This document shows, one piece after another, positions 53,495-64,000 of a stretch of DNA of 64,000 nt. A model generated the notes under the pieces. That model saw only the letters and a program-made list of their open reading frames with translations, was not told the DNA's origin and did not search any database. Location of the stretch: assembly GCF_004010195.1 (NCBI RefSeq), contig NC_057719.1, positions 89,247,204 to 89,311,203 of the forward strand. Reading direction: 5' to 3'. Position 1 is the stretch's first letter, and every line of letters starts with the position of its first letter. The stretch is from Chiloscyllium plagiosum. Taxonomy: Eukaryota. Both the position numbers and the translations under genes were made by a program.

Positions 53495-54120
53495 ATAAGA
53501 GCTAGGAATAGGGTAGGCCATCCAGCCGCTCAAGTCTGCTCCACTACTGATTATGATCAGGGCTGATCTCATCTTGGCCTCAACACCAATTTCCTGCCTG
53601 CTCCCCAAAACTCTTCAACACATTACTGATTAAATATCTGTCTCCTCCTAAAAATTACTCAAATTCCCAGTATCCATCATATTCGATTCTAGTGAATTCC
53701 ACAGATTCCTGACCTTCTGATAGAAATAATTTCTCCCCATCTCTGTTTAAAACCCCTTATTCTAAAATGATGACCTCTTGTTCCAGATTGCCCACATGAG
53801 GAAGCATCCTCTCTACATCTACTTTGTGAGTCCTCTTTTGCATCTTATCACCTCAATTATATCTTCCCTCATCCTTCTAAATTCCAAAAAGATTTAGGCC
53901 TAAACTTCAAAACCTCTTTTCATAAAACAAACCCCTCATCTCTGGAATCAATCTCGTCAACTTCCTCTGAACTGCCTCCAATACAACTGTATCCCTCCTC
54001 AAGTAAGGGGACCAAAACTGTACACAGTACTCCAGGTGTGTACAGTTGCAGCCAGACTGTCCTGCGTTTATACTCTATTCTTGTAGCAATAAATGCTAAA
54101 ATTCCATTTGCCTTCCTGAG
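53495..54120 (-). mobile_element. CR1 3' end
   Basis: Minus strand HLEYCVQFWSPYLRRD. Confidence 0.8.
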
Positions 54121-54164
54121 GGTTTCACAAACCTGTTCAATGGGCTTCTCTCTCTGGGTGACAG

Positions 54165-54294
54165 GACAAAACAGGTGCTTTTGAGCTGCTTACATCCTCG
54201 CCTAGACAGCAATGCAGTTCTGGGGGACGTTGGCCACTTCCCTAGGCTTCCTCATCCTCAAATCACCCAGGTGGCTTGGGAAAGTATGCCATTG
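54165..54294 (+). pseudogene. Possible heavily decayed PCTAIRE exon (DxNKRLSLPADIR...SRRLRRVSL block)
   Basis: acag|GAC start. GCT GCT TAC ATC CTC resembles P-A-D-I-R codons, and AGG TGG CTT GGG AAA GTA resembles R-R-L-R-R-V codons. Length (~126-130 bp) and order fit, but indels are needed and there is no clean GT donor. Confidence 0.35.
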
Positions 54295-54379
54295 ACAGTG
54301 CCAGCCTCTGTCTAGGCCATGCCTGCAGCACCTCTTATGGATTGGTGTTGTCCCTGAGCTGGACCAGGCTTTTTGAGGG

Positions 54380-54595
54380 ACAGTGTGTTTAGTGGGAGAG
54401 GATCCTGGGGGGAGCAGTATGTTTAGTGTGTGTAGTCTCGGGTGGTGGGGTATGTGGCAGTGTATTCAGTGTGAGGGACTCTTGGGGGGCAATGTTTTCA
54501 GTGTGGGGAGCTCACTGGAGGGGGCAGTGTGTTCAGTGTGGGGTGCTCATGGGATTGGGCAGTGTGTTCAGTGTGGGGGGTGCTCACGGGAGGGT
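54380..54595. repeat. ~35-bp G/T-rich minisatellite (gggcagtgtgttcagtgtgggg...)
   Basis: About six degenerate units. Confidence 0.7.
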
Positions 54596-54978
54596 CAGTT
54601 ATCACTTCTTCACTAACAGATTGCTGTGTTCAGTGACAAATGCCAGGATAGCTGGCCTAGAGCTCTCTGTTTTTACCTTAACGCTTTTTTCAAAACTGGG
54701 GTCTTATTTGCTGGCACCAGCCCCACTGAGACCCGTTGTAGAATCCTGAAATTCAAGGAATCAGTGCTCATCTGCTGAACTTTAACACATTTTAACTCAA
54801 ACGTCTTAGTCCACCTTCTTCACACCACTTGATTTAATCTCACTCATTACCTCCCAACTACACTCTCCATCACATATTCATGTGCACACGTACTCATGCA
54901 CACCCATCATTCTAAGGGAGTGGGGGGTTTGTGATGACGATTGTGTGCTCTGATATTCACTGTTAATTCTAGGTCCAG

Positions 54979-55037
54979 AATGGAGACCTGAAGCAGTACA
55001 TGGATGACTGCAGGTAATGAACATGAACAACATTAAG
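54979..55037 (+). pseudogene. CDK17-like: Kinase-domain exon of the PCTAIRE kinase, frameshifted (59 bp where 63 bp is expected)
   Basis: ttctaggtccag|AAT GGA GAC CTG AAG CAG TAC ATG GAT GAC TGC AG GTA ATG AAC ATG AAC AAC ATT AAG|gtttgg = NGDLKQYMDDC..VMNMNNIK, versus CDK17 DKDLKQYMDDCGNIMSMHNVK. AG and GT flank exactly the homologous block. Confidence 0.85.
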
Positions 55038-55339
55038 GTTTGGCAACGGTTGCTCATACTCCCAACTGCTCAGAGTTTGTGCAAGTGGAAATTTTATTTT
55101 GAAAGGTAACTTTGATTATTTCATGGGATGGGGGAGTGCTTTTCTGCCTGTCCCAAGTTGCCCCTCAAGAAGGTGGTGGTGAGCTGCCTCCTTGAAGCAC
55201 TTTTTAAAAAATTCATTCATAGGATGAGGATGTGACTGGTTAGACCAGCATTTATTGCTCAACCCTAATTGCCCAGAGGGCAGTTAAGAGTCAACCACAT
55301 TCCTGTGGGTCTGGAGTCACATATATGTTGTCTGCCTAT

Positions 55340-58300
55340 TGTTGTCTCACCGTCCATCTCTATTTCCAGTTCAGTGTGTTATCACTCTGTCTCTCTCTAT
55401 TCCCAGTTGTGTGTTATCTCTCTCTCTTTCTAATCCTAGGCGAAAGTGAAATTAGTGAATGCTGGAAATTAGAGTTGAGAGTGTGGTGCTGGAAAACTAT
55501 AGCAGGTCAGGCAGCATCCAAGGAGCAGGAGAATTGACCTGAAGGGCTTTTGCCCGAAATGTCAATTCTTCTGCTCCTCGATGCTGCCTGACCTGCTGTG
55601 CCTTTCCTGCACCACACTCCTGACTCCTTCTAGTTCATTGTTTGTCCCTCTGTCTCACTCTATTCTCAGTTCAATGTGTTGTCACTCTCTGCTTGCCTCT
55701 TCCCAGTTCAGTGTGTTGTCATTCTGACTCTGACTGGTTTCCAGTTCAGTGTGTTGTCACTCTATCTCTCTCTATTGCCAATTCAGTGTGTTGCCTCATG
55801 TTCTCTCTATTCCTAGTTCATTGTGTTCTGTCACTGTCTCTCTCTCTATTCCCAGTTAACTATGTTATCTGTCTCACTGTATGTCTCCATTCCCAGTTCA
55901 GTGTGTTGTCACTGTCTCTCGTTATTCCCAGTTTAGTGTGTTGCCACTCTGTCTCCCTCTCCACACATACAGTGTGTTGTCTGTATGTCTCTCTATTCCT
56001 TGTTCAGTGTTGGATCGCTCTGTTTCTCCCTATTCCCGTTCAGTGTGTTGTCTTTTTGTCTCTCTTCCCTGTTCAATGTGTTGTCACTCTCTCTCTTTCA
56101 TCCAAGTTCAGTGCATTGTCTGACTGTCTGTGTCAATTCCCAATTAACTATGTTGTCTGTCTCTATTCCCAGTTTAGTGTGTTGTTGCGTGTACTTTCTC
56201 TATTCCCATTTGTGTCCTGTCTCACTGTTTCCAGTTCAGTGCATTGTCACCCAATTTCTTTCTTTACTCAGTCGCGTGTGTTGATACAATCTTTCTCTGC
56301 TCCCGGTACAATGTGTTTCTCTATTCCCAGTTCAGATTGTTTTCTCACTGTCTCTCCCTTTTCCCAGCTGTGTGTTGTCACTCCATCTGTTTATTCCCAG
56401 TTCAGTGCATTGTCTCACTGTCTCTATACCCAATTCAATATCTTGTCCATTTGTCTCTGTTACCAGTTCAATGTGTCATTACCGTGTCTCTTTCTAAACC
56501 AGTTCAATGCTGAATGCATTCCCTTTTGATTGTGCTGCCACGCTCACTATTTGCAGTTGAATGTGTTGTTACTCTACCTATTTGTCTTCCAAACTGTGTT
56601 GTCATCACTCTGAATCTCTATTCCTAGTTCATTGTGTTGTTACTCTGACTCTTTCCCTGTTCCCCAGTCTGTTGTCTCCCTATCTCTCTCTTTTTCTGTT
56701 CCAAGCTCAGTGTGTTGTCTCTCTCTGTCCTCAATTCAATGTGTTGTCTCTCTATTCCAGTTTCAGTCTGTTGTCTCACTGTCTGTCTCTATTTCCAGTT
56801 CAGTGTGGTCAGTTTGTCTCTTTCTATTCCCAGTTGACTGTATTGTCTCTGTCACTCTCCATTCTCAGTTCAGTGTATTGTCACTGTCTCTCCCAATTCC
56901 CAGTTCAGTGTCTTGTCACACTCGCTCCCAATTCCCAGCTCAGTATGTTCTCATACATCCTCTCGATTAGCTTCTCCTTGGATGCTGCCTGAACTGCTGT
57001 GCTCTTCCAGCACCACTAATCCAGAATCTGGTTTCCGGCATCTGCAGTCATTATTTTTACCTCATACATCCTCTACCTATTCCCATTTCAGTGACCTGTT
57101 ACTCTGTCTCTCCCTGTGCCCGGGTGAGTGTGTTGTCATTCGGTCTCTCAGCATTCCCAGTTGAGGGTGTTATTACTCTTTGGCTTCGCTCTCCCTTTTA
57201 TTCCCATTTCAGTGTGTTGTTTTACTGTCAGCTTACTGTGTTGTCTATCTGACTTCCTCAGCCCTGAATTCAATGTATTACCACTCTGTCTCTCCCAATT
57301 CCCCATTCAGTCTGTTGTCTCACTGTCTGTCTTTATTTCCATTTCGGAGTGTTGTCACGCCATCTCTTTCTGCTCCCAGTTGAATGTGGCTCTCCATTTC
57401 CAGTTCAGTATGTTGTCATTCTCACCCTTCCTCTTCCCAGCTGTGTTGTTACTCCATCTCCCCTGGTCCTTACTTCAGTGTATCTTCTCAGTGTCTGTCT
57501 CTGTTTATCTCTATCCCCAGTTCCGATTCTCACTCTTCCCCTTCCCCTTCCCACTTCATTGTCTTGTCCATCTGTCTCAATTCCTAGTTGTGTGTATTGT
57601 CACTCTGTCCCAATTCCCAGCTAAGCGGCAACCGTCTCTCTCTCTCTCTCTGTGTTCCCAGGACAGTGTGATGTCAAACTCACTCTCTCTCTATTAGAGT
57701 GAGTTTTCAGTCTGTCGCCCTCTACTCCCAGTACAGTGGGTTGTTAAAACGGTCTCTCTATTCCATTTTTACTGAGTTTTCAGGCTGTTGTCCTTCACTC
57801 CCAGTACACTCACTTTCTCTTTGTTGTGGAGGTGCCAGTGTTGGACGAGGGTGGATAAAGTCAAAAATCAAATGACACCGGGTTATAGTCCAACAAGTTT
57901 ATTTGAAATAGTAAGTTTTCGGAGCCCCAGCTCCTTCCTCAGGCAGAGCTTGGGCTCCAAAAGCTTGAACCTGTTGGACTATTACTTGATGTCTTGTGCT
58001 TTTTAACTTTCTCTTTTGTTCCCAGCTCAGTGCGTTGTTATCACTCTGTCTCTCCCGGTTTCCCTTTCAGTCTGTTGTCAAACTGTCTGTGTCAATTGCC
58101 GATTCAGTGTGCTTTCACTCCCTATTTCCAGTTAAATGTGTTGTCACTCTCTTTCACTCTCAATTCAGCATGCTATTTTACGGTCTCTCTCTCTCTATTC
58201 CCAGTTCAGTGTGTTGTCTCTCTCTTTATTCCCAGACCAGTGTTTTCTCTCTGTGTCTCTCCATTTTGTTGTGAGCTGTCGCTCTATCTCTCTGCAATTC

Positions 58301-60185
58301 AATCTGTTGTCTCTGTCTCTATTTCCATTTCAGAGTGTTGTCTCTGTTACTCTCCATTCCCTGTTCAGAATGTTGTCACTCTCTTCCAGTTCCCAGTTCA
58401 ATGTGTTGTCAGTTTCTCTGCTGAATTTAGGGTGCTGCATCACTATCTATCCGTATTCCCAGTTCAGTGTTGTCATTTCCACACTTTCTCTCCCAATGTC
58501 ATTGTGTATCAAATAGATTCTTCCAATATCTCTCTCAATTACCACTTTATTGTGTTGTCTCTCTACTTATCACAGTTGAGTGTGTTGTAACTTTTCGCAG
58601 TTCAATGCGTTCATAGAATCCCTACAGTATGGAAACAGGCCATTTGGCCCAACAAGTCTACACTGACTTTCCAACGCGTAACCCACGCAGACCCATTACT
58701 CTACACTATTACTCTACATTTACCTCTGACTAATGCATCTAAACTACACATCCCTGAACGCTATGGACAATTTAGCATGGTCAATTCACCTAACCTGCAC
58801 ATCTTTGGATTGTGGGAGGAAACCGGATCCCGGAGGAAACCCACATAGTCACCCGAGACTGGCACTGTGAGGCAGCAGTAGTAAGCACTTAGCAGAGGAC
58901 GTTGTCACCCTTTCTCTCACTCTTCCCAGGTCAGTTTTGTTTCACTGTCTGTGCTTGAAACGTCGATTCTCCTGCTTCTCGGATGCTGCCTGACCAGCTG
59001 TGCATTTCCAGCACCACCACTTTTTGACTCAGTATGTTGTCGCTCTCATTTTTTGTATTCCAACTTCATTGTGTTATCCATCTGTTTCTCTTGCTTCCCA
59101 GTTCAGGGTGTTGTCACTATGCCTATCTCCATGCCCAGTTCAGTTTATTATTACTCTGCCTCTCTCTGTCCTCACTTCAGTGAGTGGTCTCACTGTCTTT
59201 GTTCCCTGTTCAAGTGTTGTTTCACAGCCTGTTTCAATTCCAAGTTCAGGGTGTTGTCACTTTCACTCATGCTATTTCCAATATAGTTGGCTGCCACTTT
59301 CCCTTTCTCTTTATTTCCCAGCTCAGGATGTTGCCATTCTGTGTCTCACTATTTCCAATTCAGTTCATTGTCATAGTCTCTCTCTGTTCTCAGTTGTCTG
59401 TTGTTACTAAATCCTTCTCTATTCCCAGTCATGTATGTTATCACTCTGTCCTCACCCGTGTCACTCTTTCCAGTTGTGTATTGTCTTGCTATCTGCTTCC
59501 ATTCTCAGTTCAGTCTGTTATCACGGTCTCTCTCCAATCCCAAGTCAATGTGTTCTCGCTTTGACTCTGTTCCCAGCACAGTGTGTTGTCGCTCCATCGC
59601 TGGCTCTTCCCTGCAGACTATGTTGTCAGTCAGTATCTCTCTATTCCCAGTACAGTTGATTGTCACATTCCGTTTCACTTAGACTATCGACACACTGAGC
59701 TGAGAACTCTCTGTATTCTGAAATCAGTGTTTTGTCTCTTTCGATTCCACTTTCATTGTGTTTCTCCATAGTTACAGCCAGCTGTGTTATCAACATCTCC
59801 CCTTATCCCTAGCTCAGTGTGTTGTCACTCTGCTTCCACTTATTCCCAGGAGGCTTGAAGAACACAGCAAGTGCAGGCAACATCAGGAGGTGGAGAAGTC
59901 GACATTTCGGGTGTAACCCTTCTTCAGGCAGCAGATGCAGTTTGTTGTGGCGATGGTGGGGCAGGCTGCAATACTCGGTGAACTGTTCCCATTCGGTCTC
60001 CCCCCTGTAAAGAAGACCATAGTGCAGTTCATTGTGGTGTCACGCTATCGGTCTCTAGTCCAGGTTTAGTTGTCTCCCTCTCTCTCGCTCTCTCCCCCTC
60101 CCTCAACTCCAGGTTTAGTTGTCTCTCTCTCTCTCTCTTTCTTCCCAGTTCAGAGTGTTGCCCCTCTTTTTATCCAGTTCAGCAT
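55340..60185. repeat. ~4.8-kb degenerate ~35-37-bp minisatellite (tattcccagttcagtgtgttgtcactctgtctctctc) with nested inserts
   Basis: Motif recurs throughout; interrupted at ~55435-55625, 56964-57060, 57825-58005, 58612-58890, 58950-59030 and 59850-60020. Confidence 0.92.
58612..58890 (-). mobile_element. HE1 SINE (internal deletions)
   Basis: HE1 consensus blocks. Confidence 0.85.
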
Positions 60186-60531
60186 ATGCTGGGCTTGCTG
60201 CTCCTACATTTCACAATGAAGGGAATATAGAGTCATACAGCACAGAAACAGACCCTTCACTCCAACAAGTTCATTCCGATCATAATCCCAAGCTAAACTA
60301 GCCCCATAAACCTTTCATGTACTTATCCAAAATGTCTTTACTCACATCCACTTCCTCTGGAAGTTCATTTTCCCCACAAATGACTGTGCAAACAAATTGC
60401 CGTTCCTGTCTTTTCAAAAGCTTTCTCTTCTCACCTAGCTTTGAAACTCCCCAGCCTAGGGAAGTGACACTGGCCAAATACCTCATATTTTGTGAACCTC
60501 TGAGGCTGAGGGGTGACCGTATAGAGCATCA

Positions 60532-60730
60532 AGTGAAGCATTTCTCATCAGTGTGAACATGTTGATACAACATAAGATCCCAGGCACATTTCAAGCACTT
60601 CTCACAGCCTGGACATTTTAAAGGTCTCTCCGTGGTGTGAACCCACTCAGTTTCTAGCAGGTTGAATCTCTGACTGAATCCCTTCCCAAATAGCAGGTGA
60701 ATAGCCTCTGCCCAGTGTGAATTCATTGTT
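60532..60730 (-). pseudogene. C2H2 (Kruppel-type) zinc-finger gene fragment, degenerate
   Basis: Minus strand reads IHTGQRLFTC / (frameshift) GKGFSQRFNLLETEWVHTTERPLKCPGCEKCLKCAWDLMLYQHVHTDEKCFT, with HTGE[KR]P-like linkers and CxxC...HxxxH. Confidence 0.8.
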
Positions 60731-60759
60731 GGACAGTAAAGGTATTTGATTATATGAAT

Positions 60760-62460
60760 CCAGCTCCACAGTAAGAGTACGTAAATGGTTTTTGTCAGGG
60801 TGAGTGCGTTGATGAAAGATGAAGAGGAGATGGACAAGAGATGTTGTTGGGCCTTTGTAACCCGTGTGTCCACATGAAGAGTCCAAGATATTGTTGATGA
60901 CCACTCCTAGGAGCTTGACACTCTCCATTCGTTCCACCTTTGTACTGTTAATGTGTATGAGACTTTTGGCAAAATGTTACTTATGAGTTACTTGGTTTTG
61001 CTGGCATTGAGAGCTAAGTTGTTCTTAGTACACCATTTTTCCAGGTCTTCCACCTCCCCGCTGTAGTCTGTTTTGTCGCCATCTGAGATTAGACCGACTA
61101 TGGTGGTGTCATCAGCCTGTTATTTGGCAATGCAGTCATGGGTATACAACAAGTACAGTTGGGAGCTGAGGACACACCCCTGGGGGGGCTCCAGTGTTGA
61201 ATGTTAGTAACAAAGAAATGTTGTCCCTAATCTTCATTGTGGCCTGTGGGTCAGAAAACTGAGGATCCAGATGCAGAGAATGGGGCTTAGTCAGAGATCA
61301 CCAAGTTTAGTAATCAGTCTCGAAGGAATAATAGCGTTGAAGGCTGAACTGTAGTGAACGGTGTCAAGATATTCTAGAGAGGAGTGAATGGCAAGTGATA
61401 GGGCATTTGATGTGGATCTATTGGTCCGATAGGCAAATTGGAGTGGGTCAAGAGTTGTAGGGAGGCTGGAGTTGATTAATGTTGAGAGTGTGTTACTTGT
61501 AAAGCACAGCGGGTCAGGCAGCATCTGAGAAGCAGGAAAAATGATGTTTCAGGTCGGAGCCCATTGCCATGACCAGTCTTTCAAAGCACTCCATGACCAC
61601 CGAAGTTAGGGCCACTGGGTAGTCATTGAGGCATGCTGCATGAGCTTTCTTAGGCACAGGGATGATGTTGGCCCTCTTGAAAGAGGCAGGACAGCAGCGA
61701 GAGGTTGAAGATGTCCGAGAAGACCTCTGCCCGTTGATCTATACATGCTCCAAGTGCACTGCCTGGTACTCATTCCGGTCCCATCGCTTTCCTTGGATTC
61801 ACATGAAGGAAAACTGATCTGATGTCTGATGCAGCGACTGTTGGGATTGGTTCGTCAAAACCGGTGTTACCTCTCCGCCAAAATTCTGCTCAAATCGAGC
61901 ATAGAAGATGTTGAGATTATCTGGGAGGGATAGGTCATCGTCTGCTACCTTGCACTGTCTCATTTTAGAACCTGTGATGTCATTCAGTCCTTGCCATAGT
62001 AGCTTGGTGTTTATCTGGGTCTCTAGTTTGGATCGGTATTGGTCCTTGGCTCTGTACGGTTCTCTGAAGGTCATACTTGGATTCCTTATATTTGAGACCT
62101 CATGCCTGGTTTTTAGCAGGTTCTGTATGGCCTGATTCATCCAGGGTTTCCTGTTGGGGAACAGCTGGATTGACTTCCTCGGTATGCAGTCCTCCACACA
62201 TGTGCTGATAAAGTCTGCGATGGTGGTGGCTTACTTGGCCAAGGTACCTGCAGACTGTTTCAACCTGGCCCAAGCAGCCGATTCCAGACAACACCAGAGT
62301 TGATCCTCTACCTCCTCCGACCAGCACTGGACCTGTATCCGTGAGGAGGTCGCCTGCTTGAGCTTTTGCTTGTGAGCCGGGAGAAGAAACACGGCATTGG
62401 GGTCGGAGTTCCTGAAATGAGGGCGAGGGATGGAGTGGTAGGCATTCTTCATAGTGGGGT
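60760..62460 (-). mobile_element. Rex1/Babar-like LINE fragment
   Basis: PRPHFRNSDPNAV, FPNRKPWMNQ, LDPLQFAYRTNRST, YSSAFNAIIP. Confidence 0.8.
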
Positions 62461-62489
62461 TGAGGGGGTTATAAAATAATGAAGCCTCA

Positions 62490-63595
62490 AGTACAAAGAA
62501 CAAAGAAAATTATAGCACAGAATAGGCCCTTCGGCACTCTACGCCTGTGCCAATCCAGATCCTCTATCTCAACCTGTTGCCTATTTTATCTTTGCTCCCT
62601 ACTCATTCATGTATCTGTCCAGATACATCTTAAATGACGCTATCATGTCCACCTCTATCACCCTCTACGGAAATAACTTCTCACTTTATCGCCTCTAAAC
62701 TTTCCCCCTCTTACTTTGAACTTGTAATTGAGACCCCCACTCTGGGAAAACGTTTCTTGCTTGAGGTCTATATCACTCATGATTTTATAGACCTCAACCA
62801 GATCGCCCCTTAACCTCAGTCTTTCTAATGAAAGAAATCTGAATCTACTCAACCTCTCTTCATAGCTTGTGCTCTCCATACCAGGCAACATCCTGGTGAA
62901 CCTCCTCTGCACTCTCTCCAAAGCATCCACATCCATTTGGTAATGTGGTGACCAGAACTGCACACAGTATTCCAAATGTGTGAACTAAAAGTCTTATACA
63001 ACTGTAACATAACCTGCCAACTCTTGTACTCATTACCTTGTCCGAAGAAAAGCATGCCATGTGCCTTCTTGACAACTCTATTGACCTGCATTGCCACCTT
63101 CAGGGAACAATGGACTTGAACACCCAGATCTCTGTACAATTTTCCCCACAACTTTTCCATTTATTATATAGTTCGCTCTTAAATGGGATCTTCCAGAATG
63201 CATCACCTTGCATCTGCCTGGATTGAACTCCATCTGCCATTTCTCTGCCCAACTTTCCAATCTATCTAGATTCTGCTGTATTCTCTGACAGTCCCATTCA
63301 CTATCTGCTACTCCACCAATCTTAGTGTAATCTGCAAACTTACTAAGCAGACCACCTATATCTTCCTCCAAATCATTTCACATATCATAAACAACAGTAG
63401 CCCCAACAGGGACCTCTGTCGAACACCACTGGTCACAGTTCTCCATTTTGAGAAACTCCCTTCCACTACTACATTATATCTCCTGCTGCCCAGCCAGTTC
63501 TCTATCCATCTAGGTAGTACACCCTGGACACCATGCGAATTCATCTTCTCCATCAGCCTACCATGGGGAACCTTATCAAACAGCTCACTGAAGTG
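62490..63595 (-). mobile_element. CR1 RT and 3' end
   Basis: SKFADYTKIGG; YCVQFWSPHY; (ttctttgt) tail. Confidence 0.88.
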
Positions 63596-63729
63596 CAGAG
63601 ACTAGAATAACACAGCAAATCTGGCAGCATTGGAAAGCACAGAATTCAACTTTTAGATTATAACCCTTCTTCAGGACCGGTCTATCTGATCATCTACCCG
63701 TTTCTTCACTGCCTAGACAATGGTCATCC

Positions 63730-63985
63730 ATTCCCTTCTTTCTCCCAGTCCCTTGAGCACTGGTGTAGCCACCTCTCTAATCATGCTATCCACATACATT
63801 GCAATCTCTTGGATGCACCAGCCACAGCTTGAGCCTCAAAATCAGAATAAAAGTTCATGCAGAATCCAGAACAAAAGAAGCACTTCCCGCACAGTCATCT
63901 GGGATGCTGGTAGTGTCCATGACTTCCCACAAATGACAGGTCACATTCCACTTGGCATATTTGTGTTGCCATGACTTAATTTTGA
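63730..63985 (-). mobile_element. Old CR1 ORF1 N-terminal (zinc finger) remnant
   Basis: Minus strand MA.....VEC...WEVMDT.S.PDD.AGKC-like pattern with frameshifts. Confidence 0.45.
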
Positions 63986-64000
63986 ATTCACTTGCTAACT

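Noticed and set aside
54685..54885. FSKLGSY and TLHHI words resembling further kinase exons
   Set aside because: Too short, need several indels, and lack splice boundaries; not supportable by eye.
55642..56529. 295-aa Cys/Leu/Ser-rich ORF and neighbouring ORFs
   Set aside because: Translation of a stop-poor minisatellite; open in several frames; no domain.

Overview
Eukaryotic, repeat-saturated DNA that looks like a cartilaginous fish (shark/ray) genome. The basis is HE1-type tRNA-derived SINEs, HER1/CR1 LINEs with (TTCTATG)n or (GACTCTAT)n tails, and shark-type minisatellites; the species cannot be determined from sequence alone. I see no intact protein-coding gene. Nearly all listed ORFs are pieces of CR1, Rex1/Babar, Tx1/L1, Penelope or Gypsy elements, or repeat artefacts. 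Main signals: (1) exon remnants of a decayed PCTAIRE kinase gene (CDK16/17/18 family) on the + strand, missed by the ORF track, with a SINE inserted at its start codon (36284-36733) and a frameshifted kinase-domain exon (54979-55037); (2) a multi-kb inverted duplication (~7530-12240 vs ~22325-25000) with a near-identical CCAAT-rich core; (3) many short Penelope-derived insertions carrying minimal hammerhead-ribozyme cores, with long target-site duplications and fold-back forms; (4) a C2H2 zinc-finger remnant. There are two assembly gaps (37323-37354, 43894-44114). Element boundaries are approximate by-eye calls, and family and protein comparisons are from memory, not database searches.
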